A stretch of DNA of 64,000 nucleotides, from positions 81,413,741-81,477,740 of the forward strand of contig CM041465.1 of assembly GCA_023213395.1 (NCBI GenBank), read 5' to 3'. Within the stretch, counting starts at the first letter, position 1. Each line of letters opens with the position of its first letter. Positions 13,310 to 27,100 of the stretch are shown here, in pieces. The position numbers and the translations under genes are program-made. The notes beneath the pieces are model-generated. The model had not been told where the DNA came from. It made no database searches and was given only the letters and a program-made list of their open reading frames with translations. This stretch comes from Cycas panzhihuaensis (lineage: Eukaryota > Plantae > Cycadophyta).

Positions 13310-15411
13310 AAATATTCTGTCGGTGTGTTGTACCAGCTCTCCTTAAATGGCATATTATGCAGAAAAGAAAGGGCATATTATTCGGTAAATGATTTCCACT
13401 TTCATGAGTAAATTGTTCATAAAATATTGAAATGTATATTTAAAATAAAAAAGTAATATAATTAAATATCACATAGTTGACCAAACCGTTACTTGCCGTA
13501 CTCGATTCGCTCGAAAAGTATGTCTAGAAAATAATTTTACACATAAATATCTTAAATAATGTGAGGTCTTTCATTATGACATAAACAAAGTTTCACAGCC
13601 TCCAATGCACATGTTTCTTAATTAACTATAAAGTGCATTGTGTGACCCCATGAATGTAGACTGATGGTTGTAAATGTTGACACTAAATTTTATTATCCGA
13701 CATACATTGACGAAGTTTTTGCATTACAATTTGTTTGTTGTATCATACCATTGTGTAAACGTGTCATGAAATACAAATAATCTCTGGAAAATATTCACCA
13801 TGATAAATATAGACATGCTTGACATTATGATTTTAAAATATGTATTACATGCTTTTTGAAATATGTTTGACATGTTTATATTTTTTTATTATAATCAATC
13901 AAACATATAGGATTAAGGTCTTTTTGTTGGCCAAAAGTAGGCATTCAAGTGTAATTGACTTCAATGAAAGGACTTTATATTGAAGTGCAATGTAAAATAG
14001 GGGTTTTATTTATATGTGTCATAATATTATGGTATTTTGATTACATTAAAGTAGCTTCATAAGGATAATTAATTAAAATATAAGACCTTTGTATGGTGGA
14101 TAATGCTCAACATGCATTTAATAATATTTAATAAAACGAGTAAATCCTTTATCTTTTCATACATTTAATGTTGGTGTTTAGTATAATTAATAAACATAAA
14201 GGTTTTAAAGATGGTGGATAGTCATTGTTTGAAGAGGTTTTCTTCCTCTTGTGTGGTGATTGCTAGACCTATTCAATGGGTTGGTTGTCATAACCTTTGG
14301 GATGTCTGGTTTTCAAGCTTCCCTACTTCTTTATTGGGAGGAGGTTGGTTATGGATTGATTTCTCTTTAGGGACATGGGATCCAAGGGGGCTCTACTACA
14401 TCCATAGGGCACTTTAACTTCATCATTCTAAGTTGGGCCCTTAGATTACATTGATCACCTTCTTTAGGATTTGTGGGATTGCTATGTTGTATTAGGTTGT
14501 GGTGTGTTATGGGGTTTCTTAAGCTGTCATTATTAATGGTGCTTATATTTTTTGGTGGTTTTGTTTAGGCTTGTGCAAGAAGGTTATTATGGTTTTATCA
14601 GAGGTTCGATCCTTGGTCTCGTTCTTACGACTTATTGCGATTCACATGGTGATGGTAAGGTATGTTAGTTTTTGTTGCATTGTTTGATGTTTTCCATTTT
14701 TGGTAATATGGTAGTTTTTTGACATGGAGGTGTGTTGTTTATGATTTTATTTCACTTATGAAGGACCAATGTTGTGTCAACATGTAGATCGGTGTGTGTG
14801 TTGATGAAATGTAGTGGTGGTGTGTTGGATGGTGATTGCGTGAAGCTTGTTGATCAATTAATCTTCCATGATAATAGGTTTTTACTCAAGGATTCTCTAT
14901 GGATGGTGTTGAGGTTAACATCAAAATTTTTGATAGAAGTTGTAATGCTTGGAATTTGTTAATGTTTGATAGAAGTGATGATCTCTCAATTTAGAGCTAT
15001 GGTCATTTGTTGAGGAGACACTCCAATGTTGAATCAATGCGGTAGTGACAAATATCATTTGCATGCATTTTACTTCTATGAATAAGGTAGTAAGGAGGAT
15101 CGTCCATTATGGTGTGTTGCTTGACTAAAGTAGAGATAGAGTGGGCTTGTGGATAAACATAATTTATCTTCATGGTAGAATGGTTGGTGTTTTTCTTTAG
15201 CATAGACTACGTTACTTGAAAATGTAGTGATGGTGGTTTATAATTGACGATCGATACACATAATTGGTGAGTGTGGATAAAGATAATTTTCTCGGCTCAT
15301 CCAATGGCATTAATTTTGGTGGGATAATAAAAACTTAGTCATCAATCAATATGACCTCATAGAAGTATGGCAACAAATCTAGAAGTTACTCACGAGACGG
15401 TATCCTAAAAT

Positions 15412-17150
15412 TGTTAAAAACATAAATTTACTTTAATACTAAATTAGAATTTAGATTTATCATGTTGTGATGTACTAGGTATAACACAATGGAAATATAA
15501 TATGTATGTATAATGACTCAATCATCTCATCAAGAATGAATACATATAAATGAATAGACATGAATCATAAAGTAAATAATAGATAAAGCATGCAATGAGC
15601 ATCACCACAAGAAAGATAATAGATTTCTGTGTGGAAAACCTAACATGAGAAAAACCATGGAAAAAGGTGGAGTTGGAAGCTCCTCTTACGATTAGAGTGA
15701 ATACATCTCCAAGTCATAAACTTTTTTTAATTCTTTCTTAAGTTTTCAAGTGTTGTGTGTACATATTTATAGTAATAGTCACCTAGTAAGTAGATTATAA
15801 TTTCTCTTGAGCCATTACATCATCGAATAGCATATTCACATGGATATACATGCATATCGCATCTTTCAATATATCTGGTGAGTGGATTTATATATGTGTC
15901 CATCACATTAATATTAAATGTTATATATATGATTATATCACATATTCTAACTTCTTCGTTTAATGTTTAATGTCTTCAAATCTTGGTCTTTAATGTCTGC
16001 TAGATGTTGTAAGCTATATCTATATCTATATCATGTATCACTAGCAATAACCTATAAATCATCATATCATCCATCCTATATAAATCTGACATCCATTATG
16101 CTTGTCTCTTATAAGTATTAACCTATAATAAACCTATATGTAGTCATCTATATACCTTAGTGATTAACTATGAACATCCAACCTATATGTAATATCTATC
16201 ATTCATTATCTATTAAATAATAACTAATATATAAAGTGTTTTTCTAAGCATATTTATATCTTTAGATATAAAGCTACTTCAAAATATTTATTGATTAATT
16301 ATCAATAATCTCAACAAACAGATTAATTACTAGGTACATATAAAACAATAACCATCTACCAGAATACACAAGTAACCAATCTATGTAATCACAAGTTTTT
16401 TAAATAATTACTTTTCGAATACATAGTTCATAAACTTTCAAAATGCTTGTTATAACAGTAACATAATTTCACCTCTTATGCATGAGTTAGAACAATGCAA
16501 TATAGTGTGTTTTGTAAGAGTATCTTATGAAACTTTTACTTGTCTCTTGCATACACGATTTCTCTGTGAACTTCCTCATTTTCACACTTTTGTAGCTTTC
16601 TTTTTGCAACCATTCAACAATATCATTTTAAACAATCATCCAAGAAATACTAACTCTATGAACAAGCCAAACTATTTAACTAAGATAAGTTATATGTAAC
16701 AAGATAACATAATCAATGTGTTTCCTTATCTCTTATCGTACATGGCTGGTTAGATTTCTCACAAACAAATATGAATAAATATCATCTTTCAGTTCGATAA
16801 CCTTAAAAATTGATTATTAGCTAGATAACATCAATAACTAATTGGTATGACAAATAAATAAACATATGAGACTTTTCTCTTTATCTCATAAATAGGTGGA
16901 ATACTCAATCAACTCCTTATCTTTCCAATGTCAAACAAATAAACTAGGCCATTATCAAGATCAAGTGGTTTCATTTTTGTTCAATAGGTATCCATTAATC
17001 ATTCATAAAAAATTGTTCAAACCAAGTGATATATTTATTTGTTTAGTGTTTTATACTTATATTAAAATAAATTTAGAAATTCCAAAGGGGTTTTTCATAT
17101 CCATCATATCAATAAATTTCTATATTAATATTTAAAGGTTGGTTGAATCT
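15412..17150 (-). mobile_element. Decayed family-A LTR element: 3' LTR (15412-15952) plus internal region
   Basis: The reverse complement matches the LTRs at 2723 and 20990 and the internal region at 20200-20989. The right boundary is approximate. Confidence 0.65.
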
Positions 17151-17614
17151 ATGTAGGTGCATCAACATAATCTTCATTCAGGTGGCTAACTATGCTTTCT
17201 ATCATAACTCATATGATACGATCTCATACAGTAATTTCTCACTCTAGTGGATGATTTATGAGTGATGATAGAGCATAATAAATCTTTTTTATTACTACAA
17301 TAACTTAGATTACATTTAGAATTTAAAAGGCTACAGGAAAACTTAAAGGACACTAAAAGAGAAGTTATACGTAACTAGAATCTTACAAGAAGAGACTATG
17401 ACGTAAGGGATTTCTTTACAAATGCATGGACTTGAGTAGTTAAAAGCGGTTACTTTTCCCTAGCATCTGATTGGTAGACCATGCAACCTTTAATCTCACT
17501 AGTGGAGATATGCAACCCACATACACACATTGATAATTGACATTATCCTTTACCACCTCAATTTATATAAAAATCTTACCAAATACTTTATAATTCAAAG
17601 GTTGACAAATATTT

Positions 17615-17638
17615 TATATATCTATATATCTATATCTA

Positions 17639-17674
<36 letters not shown>
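17615..17674. repeat. Compound (TATC/TA)n microsatellite with a pure (TA)17 tract at 17641-17674
   Basis: Directly visible in the sequence. Confidence 0.95.
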
Positions 17675-17676
<2 letters not shown>

Positions 17677-18890
17677 GTGCTTAACAAAACATTAAATAAA
17701 AGTGATATCAAAATATCTCAAATGATATTGATATTAACTGAGCGTTGATATACATCAAAATGGCAATTAACCAAATATGCATAAGCACCTTGTAGAGTAT
17801 ATTGTGTAGTGAGAATCAACTATATAAATATGCCAAATAAATGAAAATGATACCATGTACTATTTAATTCAATGAGATTAATACAATATTACTCAAGCAA
17901 CATTATTAAAACCAAAGGTGATATAATATATTAACATGACTTTGTAATTATATAGATGTGCGATTGATTAAATATTTAAACATGGGTAATCAATATATTC
18001 AACAGAATATTGATGTTAAATTTCATTGAATGACAATGAAGAAATGTATCAAATAGACCAGAAAATTAAATAAATATGCAAAATACCTTTATTTAGGCCA
18101 GAAATATTTATGGTGAGTGACCTGGAAATCATATTCATGTGATTGTTAAATCTCTATAATGATTTGATTAAATTAAGCATAGGCATCTTAATTTAAGTCA
18201 TAATATATATGAAGCTCTTCATATAACACTTTGCGAACACCATATATATCCTGCAGTGCTTCCTCATATATTCATTACATTTGTAACTATTAGAACTACA
18301 TCTTTTGCACTTGTAATTTACAAGATTTAAACTATTGCATCAACCTCTTATGATGATCTTTAATGACTAGCAATCTCTAACCTCCACAGTGATATGTGAT
18401 CTAGTTAAGATTGAATACATACAAATAATGTATTGTAATATAAACTCCTTATGTCTATATTCATTTGCTCTCGCTAGTGATGTTGGCCCAACTCTAGTTA
18501 TGCGCACTTCACTCATTCACTTTAAACTTAGTGATAACAAGGATAAATAGATTTGGCACCTTTTATAGGTTCAAACTAGAGACATCAATGACTGGCAATA
18601 GAGTAACTAAGGGCTACACATTCATAAATAGGGGGCACTAGCCTTCACTTCACACCCAAAGACTTGTACAAAATAAAATTGTATCTTTTAGTCCTTTGCA
18701 CACCTTCAAAGACCATCAAATCCTTGTAAAATATAATAAAAGGCACTAGGATCTACATGTGATCATTGCACCTCCATGGCTACTCTTTCGATTGTCAGAT
18801 AAGATGATCTTCAAAGGGTGAATCAGCATTACCCGGTAATAAATAATTGAATGATCTACCCAACATTTGCCTACTTATGCATGACCATCT

Positions 18891-19240
18891 TCTCTAATAC
18901 CATGTTAGAAAACACTAAATAGATAGGCAATGCACATGACTATTTATGTACACAAAAGATTGGAACAGAACAAGCACATTGGATAATAGATTTAACGTGG
19001 GAACCCTTTGAGGAAAAACCCACCATATATTATATTATTACATTTTGACAAATCTACATATAATATTATAATGGACTTTGATCTTTATTTATAGATCATA
19101 AATGCCTCAAATAATAATATTTGAATTATATCTATTGACTCACTATTACATCATAATTAATATTACATCATATATTTATATAATATGTCACCATATTTAC
19201 ATTAGTCATTAACTGATACAATATCACTCTAACACCCCCT
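18891..19240 (-). mobile_element. Single 332-bp LTR (18903-19234) flanked by a PBS on one side and a PPT-like tract on the other
   Basis: Termini tgttag…ctaaca. ctctaatacca (reverse of tRNA-iMet PBS tggtattagag) at 18892-18902, and ccccct at 19235-19240. Confidence 0.65.
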
Positions 19241-19479
19241 GATAGTTAGTTAGTGGTCATATAGAGAAATAAGCATGACTTGGGGCTAATTCATTAAGCA
19301 ACAGATTCTAAATTGAATTAAATTAGATTAGATACTTTTTATAAATTTAAAAATTATAAATTAAATTAAATTAAATTTGGAATCCCAAATTGAATTTGTT
19401 AAAGATTACATGGAATGTATGATATATTGGCACATTTGAACTATAACTTCTCATTGGAATATTAGAATTAAGTGTCATC

Positions 19480-21485
19480 AGTTATGTTGAAAAAATAATT
19501 TGAAGATGATTGAAATAAATGGTCGTTAGGAACATTTTAGATAGTATATAATAGAGATGTTAAAGGGTAAAGTTGATCAAAGTTCTCTTAACCTCATAAA
19601 AGCTATATTTTATGATATTTTTTAGAAAAAATATTAGATAGTTCGATATTTTCAAGGGCTCCTAACATGATGATGCTATTTTTTATTGATAAAGAAAGAA
19701 AAAAGAAGATTAATTTAAAAGTGATAAGGTTTATTTATGATATTTGAAAGCTCAAATCATATAAAAAATACATAAAGTGGGATATATTTGTTAAAATATT
19801 GATATAAGAATATTATTGATATGTTGAATATGCAACATCCCCCTTGTAATTTATGCATTTAGTTTACTGAAGAGTTACATTAAACAAATAAATAAATCAC
19901 CTAGTTTGAATAAATGAATGACAATGACACTATTTCTGAAGGATAATGATACTACTTGATTTTGTTAAAGGGCCTAATTTATTTGTTTGATAATATAAAG
20001 ATAAGAAATTATTGAGAGAATTCTGCTTATTTTATTAGACAAGGAGAGCAGTCTCATATGATTGTTTATTTAGCATATCAATTAACTATTAATTTTTTCC
20101 AACTAATATTTAGTTGTTGAGGTTATCCATTTGAAAGATAAAAAATGTTTTATAGTGGAAAATTTAACTAACTATATATGAAAAGAGGTATAGAAACATA
20201 TTTTCTATATTACTTTATCATAGCTAACTTGTCTTACGCAAGTAGTTTATCTTATTTCTAAAGTTAATATATTTTATATGAATATTTATTGATGATAGGT
20301 GATTAATAGCTACCAAAATGAAGCTACAAAAGTATACAAGTGGGGAAGCATATAAAAGAAATCTTATTCATAAGAGGTAAGTAAATATTTTATAAGCTAC
20401 TCTTACACATCATACTAAATTGTGTTGTTCTAACTCATACATAAGAGGTGAGATTATGCTATTTTTATAATAAATATTTTAAAAGATGATGAACCATGTA
20501 TTTTAAATAACTACCTATAGAATTAATGATTATAAAGGTTGGTTACCCATGTATTTTGGTAGATGGCTATTATTTTATATGGACCTAATAATTAATTTAT
20601 TTGTTAAGAATATTGATGATTGATTGATAAAAGTTTGATAGCAGCTTTACAAGTGAAGATATGAAGATGTTTAGGAAAATATTTCATATATTAGTTGATG
20701 TTATTAAATGATGAATGATGGTTTATATTTACAATTTGGTTACTCATATCTAATCATTGATGTATATAGATAACTATATATATGTTGATCTATATAGGTA
20801 CATAGGTTAATGCTTATAGGAGATAAGTATAACAGATGAGAGATTTATAGATCATAGATAATCTATAAGTTATAGGTAATGATGTAGATATAGATTTGAC
20901 ACAGATTATAGGATCTAGTAGGTATAAAGACATGAAGACCAAGGACATGAATATGAAAACTTGATTTAAAAACATTATGTAAGGGAGAATATTGGAATAT
21001 ACAACTTATCACGTGTAATATTTAATATTTATGATTTAGACACATACACAATCCCACCAATCATATACATTAAGATATATGAGATACATATATAACCATG
21101 TTAATATGTCATTGGATGATGTAAAGGCTTAAGGGAAATTATAAACTACTTATGATATGACTATTGTTATAAACAAGTATACATACCACTTAAGAACTCA
21201 AGAAATATGATGTACTTATTGTAATATCTAAGAGAAACTCCCAAATCCACCTTCTTAAGTAGTTTTTCATACACTGGGTTTTTCACATATAAATCTATTA
21301 TCTCTCTTCTAGTGATGCTTATAGTGCATGATTTATCTATTCCAGTACTTTACATTCATATTTATTTCTTTATATATGTATATATCCTCATGAGATAATT
21401 CTATTATTATATATACATGTTATATTCCATTATGTAAATACTCTAAATTCTAATTTGATATAAGAAAAAATTTATATTTCTAACA
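19480..21485 (+). mobile_element. Decayed family-A LTR element: internal region, PPT (20981-20989) and 3' LTR (20990-21485)
   Basis: aagggagaa followed by tattggaat…ttctaaca. Homologous to 1200-3243. The left boundary is approximate. Confidence 0.65.
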
Positions 21486-24110
21486 TACTGCTATTATCAA
21501 GTCTATTAACTTGATAATGGGGAGCTGGAATTGATTGTGTTAATGATGGCAACTTCCATATATAAGGAATCAACATTCTTTATACTAAGCTTGTAATGAT
21601 TGGCATAAAACATAGATAATATCAGCATAAATATAATTTATTTACATGGTTATATCTTTACCCTTGCATACATGATTAGCACATTTAAGTTGACATAGTT
21701 TACCCACAAAATTATGCTATGAGATTTATATATTTTTGTAAGTTTGTCAAGTAATAAAGATGCCCATATACCTTTTATATATATGCACCAATTATTTTGG
21801 GTTACATAATTACTATATTATGTTATCATGGAGTGGTTACATTTTGCTCGATGCCTGTATTCATTATTCGATTAGCTTCCTTAGTGGAGGTGTTATGGCT
21901 GATGGGTCATTGTTACATTTTTTTGGTGGATGAGTAGTGAAGCATAGTATTGGTCACTTTCTCAATACTAGAAGATCAATGATTTAAGCATGATAGTAGT
22001 GTAAGAGGAGCCTTGTTGATGGTAAACTCATTGGTATTAGAGAATCCTATCATGATTAACTTTTGCATGAAATTGAATTTGTGGAGTTTTAGTTATGAGT
22101 TGCCCAAAGTAGACTGGGTAGTATTTCTAGCATGGTAGTGTTAAAGTATGTGACATTATGTTATAGTATATTTAATGGACATGGCTTCACATCATCTCTG
22201 GCAAAGTTGCTATCAGCATCCCTAGTAGTAATAGCCTAGCATGCAGGTTGCATGCCATGTGGGTGTAACTTTTTATGTGAATATTTGGGGTACGATACTA
22301 GCGGCTTTATGTCATTATTAGTGGTGTGGTACTTCTTATCATCATATAGGATTATTTGAAAAAGGGTGCAATTTTATCTTAGCTACAGTATGTGATTTTA
22401 TATTATTGGTTATTAAGAGTTTAAAAAATGATTACCTATGTTTGTTGTCTTTTGGTAGCTTTATGCTTTTGAAGGGTATGTAGTCTCTCCAAAGTAAGTA
22501 GGGCTAGGTGAAAGTCTTCAGTAATTTTGGTAAAATAGTTCCCCCTATCTCATGGCCTCTTATGACAAAGACTTAACCCTACTTTATAGAGATCTTATTT
22601 GTCAGATAAAAGGAAAGATGAAGGATAGTATTAAGATTTTATTTTTACTAAAAACATTTTTTTCTTTTGGTTGAAAATGATACCTCTATTAATAAGAAAT
22701 AGTACATACTATTATAATGAAAAATAAGGGAGAATATAGGTAGACATCCTCCATCCATGTGGATGACTTGATTTTAAAATAAGATAAAGAAAATTAATAT
22801 AGACTAAGCATACTATATATAGGAAACTTAAAATAAGATAATATATAATAACAATGTGAAAAATATAAACTAATAAGTAGCAAAGCATTACTAAACTAGA
22901 AGTAGCATCATTGGCATTATCCAATTATCATATCCTTTATTGAGACAATCATTCTTGATAGTACTACCATTATAAAGAATGGAATCAAAAGGATGTAGAG
23001 TGAGTTGCTTCTAAAAGTTAGTGTATGACTGTTAAGGATGTGAAGAGGGATATTTTAAAGAAATGGTAGGGAGAGAAATGTAGGTTAAAAAGGGGTAATT
23101 ATATAAGGCATTCACTTTATTAAGATTACTTTATTTCTAAGACCTACATTCATGGTCTACTATCAGCTACCCCTAAATTAGCATTTAACATCCCTTGCCT
23201 TTTTTTAATCCCCCTAACGGTAGATCCATGTATGAATATTAATAACATCTTCTATCTAATTAATTACATATAGTAGGAATTCTTATATCAACTATTCAAG
23301 TGTATCAATAATCATACCATCTCCTTAATAAGTAATCTTATTCAAAAGGCAATTTATAATGATTATGATTTAGTAATTTCCTTTAATTTGATATCTTGTG
23401 ACTAATCTAAAAGTGTTCTATGAACAAACTATTGCACATTAGTATGAGCATAATTTATTAAATAATGAACAGGGTGTATGTGATAATTTCTTTTTTAATC
23501 ATGTATACATTTTAAAAAAGAATCAAGGTTAGACATCTTGGTAGTTGAACCTTTAGTGTGAAGCCATAATGAATTACAATATTTTTATTCAATATGTTGA
23601 TATTTTAGAAGATAAATTTATTGTTATAGAAATTTATGATCTAGTGAATGTTTATGGAGTATTTTTGGCATAGTTAATATAAATAGATTTTTTTAAATTA
23701 TAACATTTATTTATCTTTTTGCAATTATAAAAGTTTTAATAATAAATAGGTGTAAAAGATGTTGTATTATATTCTCGCTATAGTAAGCCAACCTAAAAAA
23801 AATTAACTAAGTAGGGCCAACTCATTAATATATGAATAAACATTAAGAGCAAGGTGAATTATGGTGGTAATATCATCTACTTATACTTATGCTTTTAAGA
23901 TAAAGCATGTTAAGATAGGAGAAAGAATAGGTTAAATTATTGCATGCCTACCCCTCACAATGAGCATGAACACCCTTAAATTATGAAGAGATAAATTATT
24001 TTATAATTGTAGTATTAAATAAATAAAACCACATTGTAAAACATGAACCATGACATAGATATTCTCATTGTCTTGAAAATGAGTAGATCCACAAGGAACA
24101 GGCAAAGGCT

Positions 24111-27100
24111 AGGCAACCCAGTGGAAGTCATGGCCCTCTCAAAGGGTTGTGTGTTGTTTAAATTTGTAACCCAAGAAGATATGGAAATTATCCTCTTAAA
24201 AGCTCCTTGGATGTTAGGGTGGAAGGCTTTACTCTTAGAAAAATGGCACTCTGAGTTCAATCCTATGGTGCTTATGATTAAGTAAGCCTTGGTATGGGTC
24301 CAATTACCCTATCTCCCCCCTCCAGTTTTGGAACATGGAGGTTATCAAAGGGATGGTGAGAGTTATTGGTTCCCTCCTTGTTATAGACTCTAATACTAGA
24401 AATAGAAGTAGATTGATAAATCTCAGGTTTTGTGTTCTAGCTATGATTTAAAAGCCTCTACCAGATAATGTGTAGATTGATATGTAAGGCTGGAGTAAGA
24501 AGCATCCTTTGGTGTATAAGTTGGATAACTTTAGATGCTTAGTGTGCAAAGGGTTAGATCACTTTCCTAGAAAATTCCCTAGGGAAAGGAAAGAGGAGGG
24601 GGTGAGGCTGGAGGAGAACCCCATTATGGAGGATAGCTTATTCAAGAAGGAGGATGTTTAGTAGTTGAGGAGTCCAATGAGCCTCTATCTGGATGTTAAG
24701 GAAGACAAACTAGGATTTAACCATGAGATGGAGGACACCCTTTTAGAGGAAGGAAAGGAGGTCCAAGGTTTCGAAAAGAGGGTCGAGGAGGTTGCCCCTC
24801 CTTAGGAGGAGAAGGAAATTGAGGAACAAGATCTGAGGGGGAGATAGGAGGGTTTAAAGGGGCCAGAAAAGGAGGGGATAATTAAGGGGATTACCCCTAG
24901 GAGGAGCAAAGAGAGATAGGTCAGAAAAAAGGTCTAGATGTAGGGTATGAAAGAAGAGTAAGGAGACCCCCTCTAAATATCCTAAGAGATAGGGAAGTAG
25001 CCTCTCAAATCAATTAGGGCATCCAGAAGACCTTGAAGGATGGTTCCCTGGAAGGACCAAAATTAAGACCTAGAGAGGAGACTCATGAAGGCCTCAAAAG
25101 AGGAGGAGGGGAGATCTAGAAACCTAGGAGAAATAGATAAAACTAGTCTCTTGGAATATAAAGAAAATAAATGCTCCCTCAAGACAAAGGGTCTTGAAGG
25201 ATCTGAGGATAAGAAAGCAACTAGATATTATTTTTTTGCAATAAACAATGGAAAATATAGAAAATAACTTAAGAACCAAATATAAGATCTAGAAGAAAGT
25301 GAGGATGTTTGCAGTGGATAGTAACTAAGGGGTAGGGGGATTGATGGTGTTGTAGAACCCAGAATAATAGATAAGGGACATTTTTAAGGTGGGTGATGGT
25401 TATATCTCCGTGTGGCTTACGCGTATAAGGTCAAACCTAAAATGGTTAGTTATGAATGTATATGCTCTAAACCAGTAAAATGAGAGGAGAGATTTCTAGG
25501 AGAGGATGTTGGAGGATCATAAAGGGTACATTATGTCTTGGATGGTTGTTAGTAACCTCAACGCGACCCTTATCCTGGGTGAGAAAAGACAAGTGCAAGA
25601 CAGGTGGTCAAGTAGCATGCATGATCTTGGTAACTTCATTCAGAGAAGAGAGTTATTGGATGTCTCCCTTAAAGAAGCTAAATTCACTTGGTCAAATAGA
25701 AGGATTTAGAGCCAACACATTTAGCGAGGCTTGATAGAGTGTTGATTAATTATGCTTAGGCTAAATACTTTAATGATATGGACTTAGAAGTGCTCTTGAA
25801 AGCCATATCAGATCATTCCCCTCTTCAACTCATCTTTTCTAATACTGAGAAATATAAAGGATCCCTATTTAGATTTGAAATGATGTGGGTCAGACACCTA
25901 AACATTAGAGATAAGATTGAAGATTGGTGGAAGACTCTTGCCCAGGGACATGCGATGTACAGGTTCTTGAAGAAGTTAGACTGGGTTAAGAGGTTAGTGA
26001 AAAGATGGAATAAGGAGGTGTATGCAAATATTTTTGCATCTAAGCAGAAGATCATTAATAACCTAGAAATAACTGAGAGGAGGACCTTGGAGGAAGAGAG
26101 ATCTAAGGAGCTGAACAAAGTACAAAAGGACTTGGTGGAGAACCTAGAGGAATCCTTAATGAAGGAGAAGATTCACTAGAAATAGAAATCAAGGGCTTTG
26201 TGGCTAGCTGAGGGAGACATAAACACCAATTTTTTTCATATGACAACTATGAAACACAAAGTAAATAATAGGATCGATAGCCTCCTAAACAAATATGGTC
26301 AAGAAGTCAAGGGTCAAGAGCACTTTATGGCCTCCACTATGGATTATTTTAAAGAATTGTTTAATGAACCAGGATGTCAAGATGAGGAGGACATAAAGTT
26401 TTTCCTTGGGACCATTCCTAAATTGGTCAATGAATCCTCGAATGATATGCTCAAAACTCCCTTCATCATGGAGGAAATTAAGAAAGTAGTTTTTAAGATG
26501 AAGAGGAAGAAGGCTTCAGGCTTGGATGTGTTTCCCACTAGATTTTATCAGGAATTTTGGGATATTATCAAAGGGGATTTAAAGGGGGCTGTGGATGAAT
26601 TCCACAGGAACTATAAGTTTCTAGATGAATGTTAAGCCACATTTATCATTTTAATCCCTAAAAAGAAGGCACAAAAAGGATGGAGGATTTCTTCCCAATC
26701 AACTCGTGTAATGTAAAATATAAAATCCTGGAAAATAATTTAAAGAAAATCCTCTATAGGATTATATCTCTAAACTAGGATCATTTTGTCCAGGAAAGGT
26801 AGATCATGGATGGTATAATTATTATTCAAGGGATACTCCACTTAGCCCAGATGAGGAGGGAGCCCAGTATGCTTATAAAAATTGATCTTTAAAAAGCCTA
26901 TGATAGAGTTTTATGGGATTTCCTACTAGAATATATGGAATCCTTTGGGTTTGGAGAGGTTTAGAGGGACTGGATGTACTTATGTATATCCAAACCTCAA
27001 TACTCTATGATTATTAATGGCTTATCATTGAGCTTATTTCTAGTCCTTAGAGGTTTAAGATAAGGAGACCTCCTATATCCCTATTTGTTCATAATTATGG

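Noticed and set aside
14200-15400. GT-rich stretch with short ORFs (similar DNA at 21500-22600)
   Set aside because: No domain or terminal structure was recognisable; probably very old TE debris.
17746-18890. Possible additional LTR(s), with a tggcacc PBS-like motif at ~18554 and a TATA-like motif at ~18625
   Set aside because: Termini and TSDs could not be defined.
24104-24110. aaaggct as the LINE target-site duplication (again at 29394-29400)
   Set aside because: Short, overlaps the poly(A) tail and could be chance; used only as a tentative boundary.
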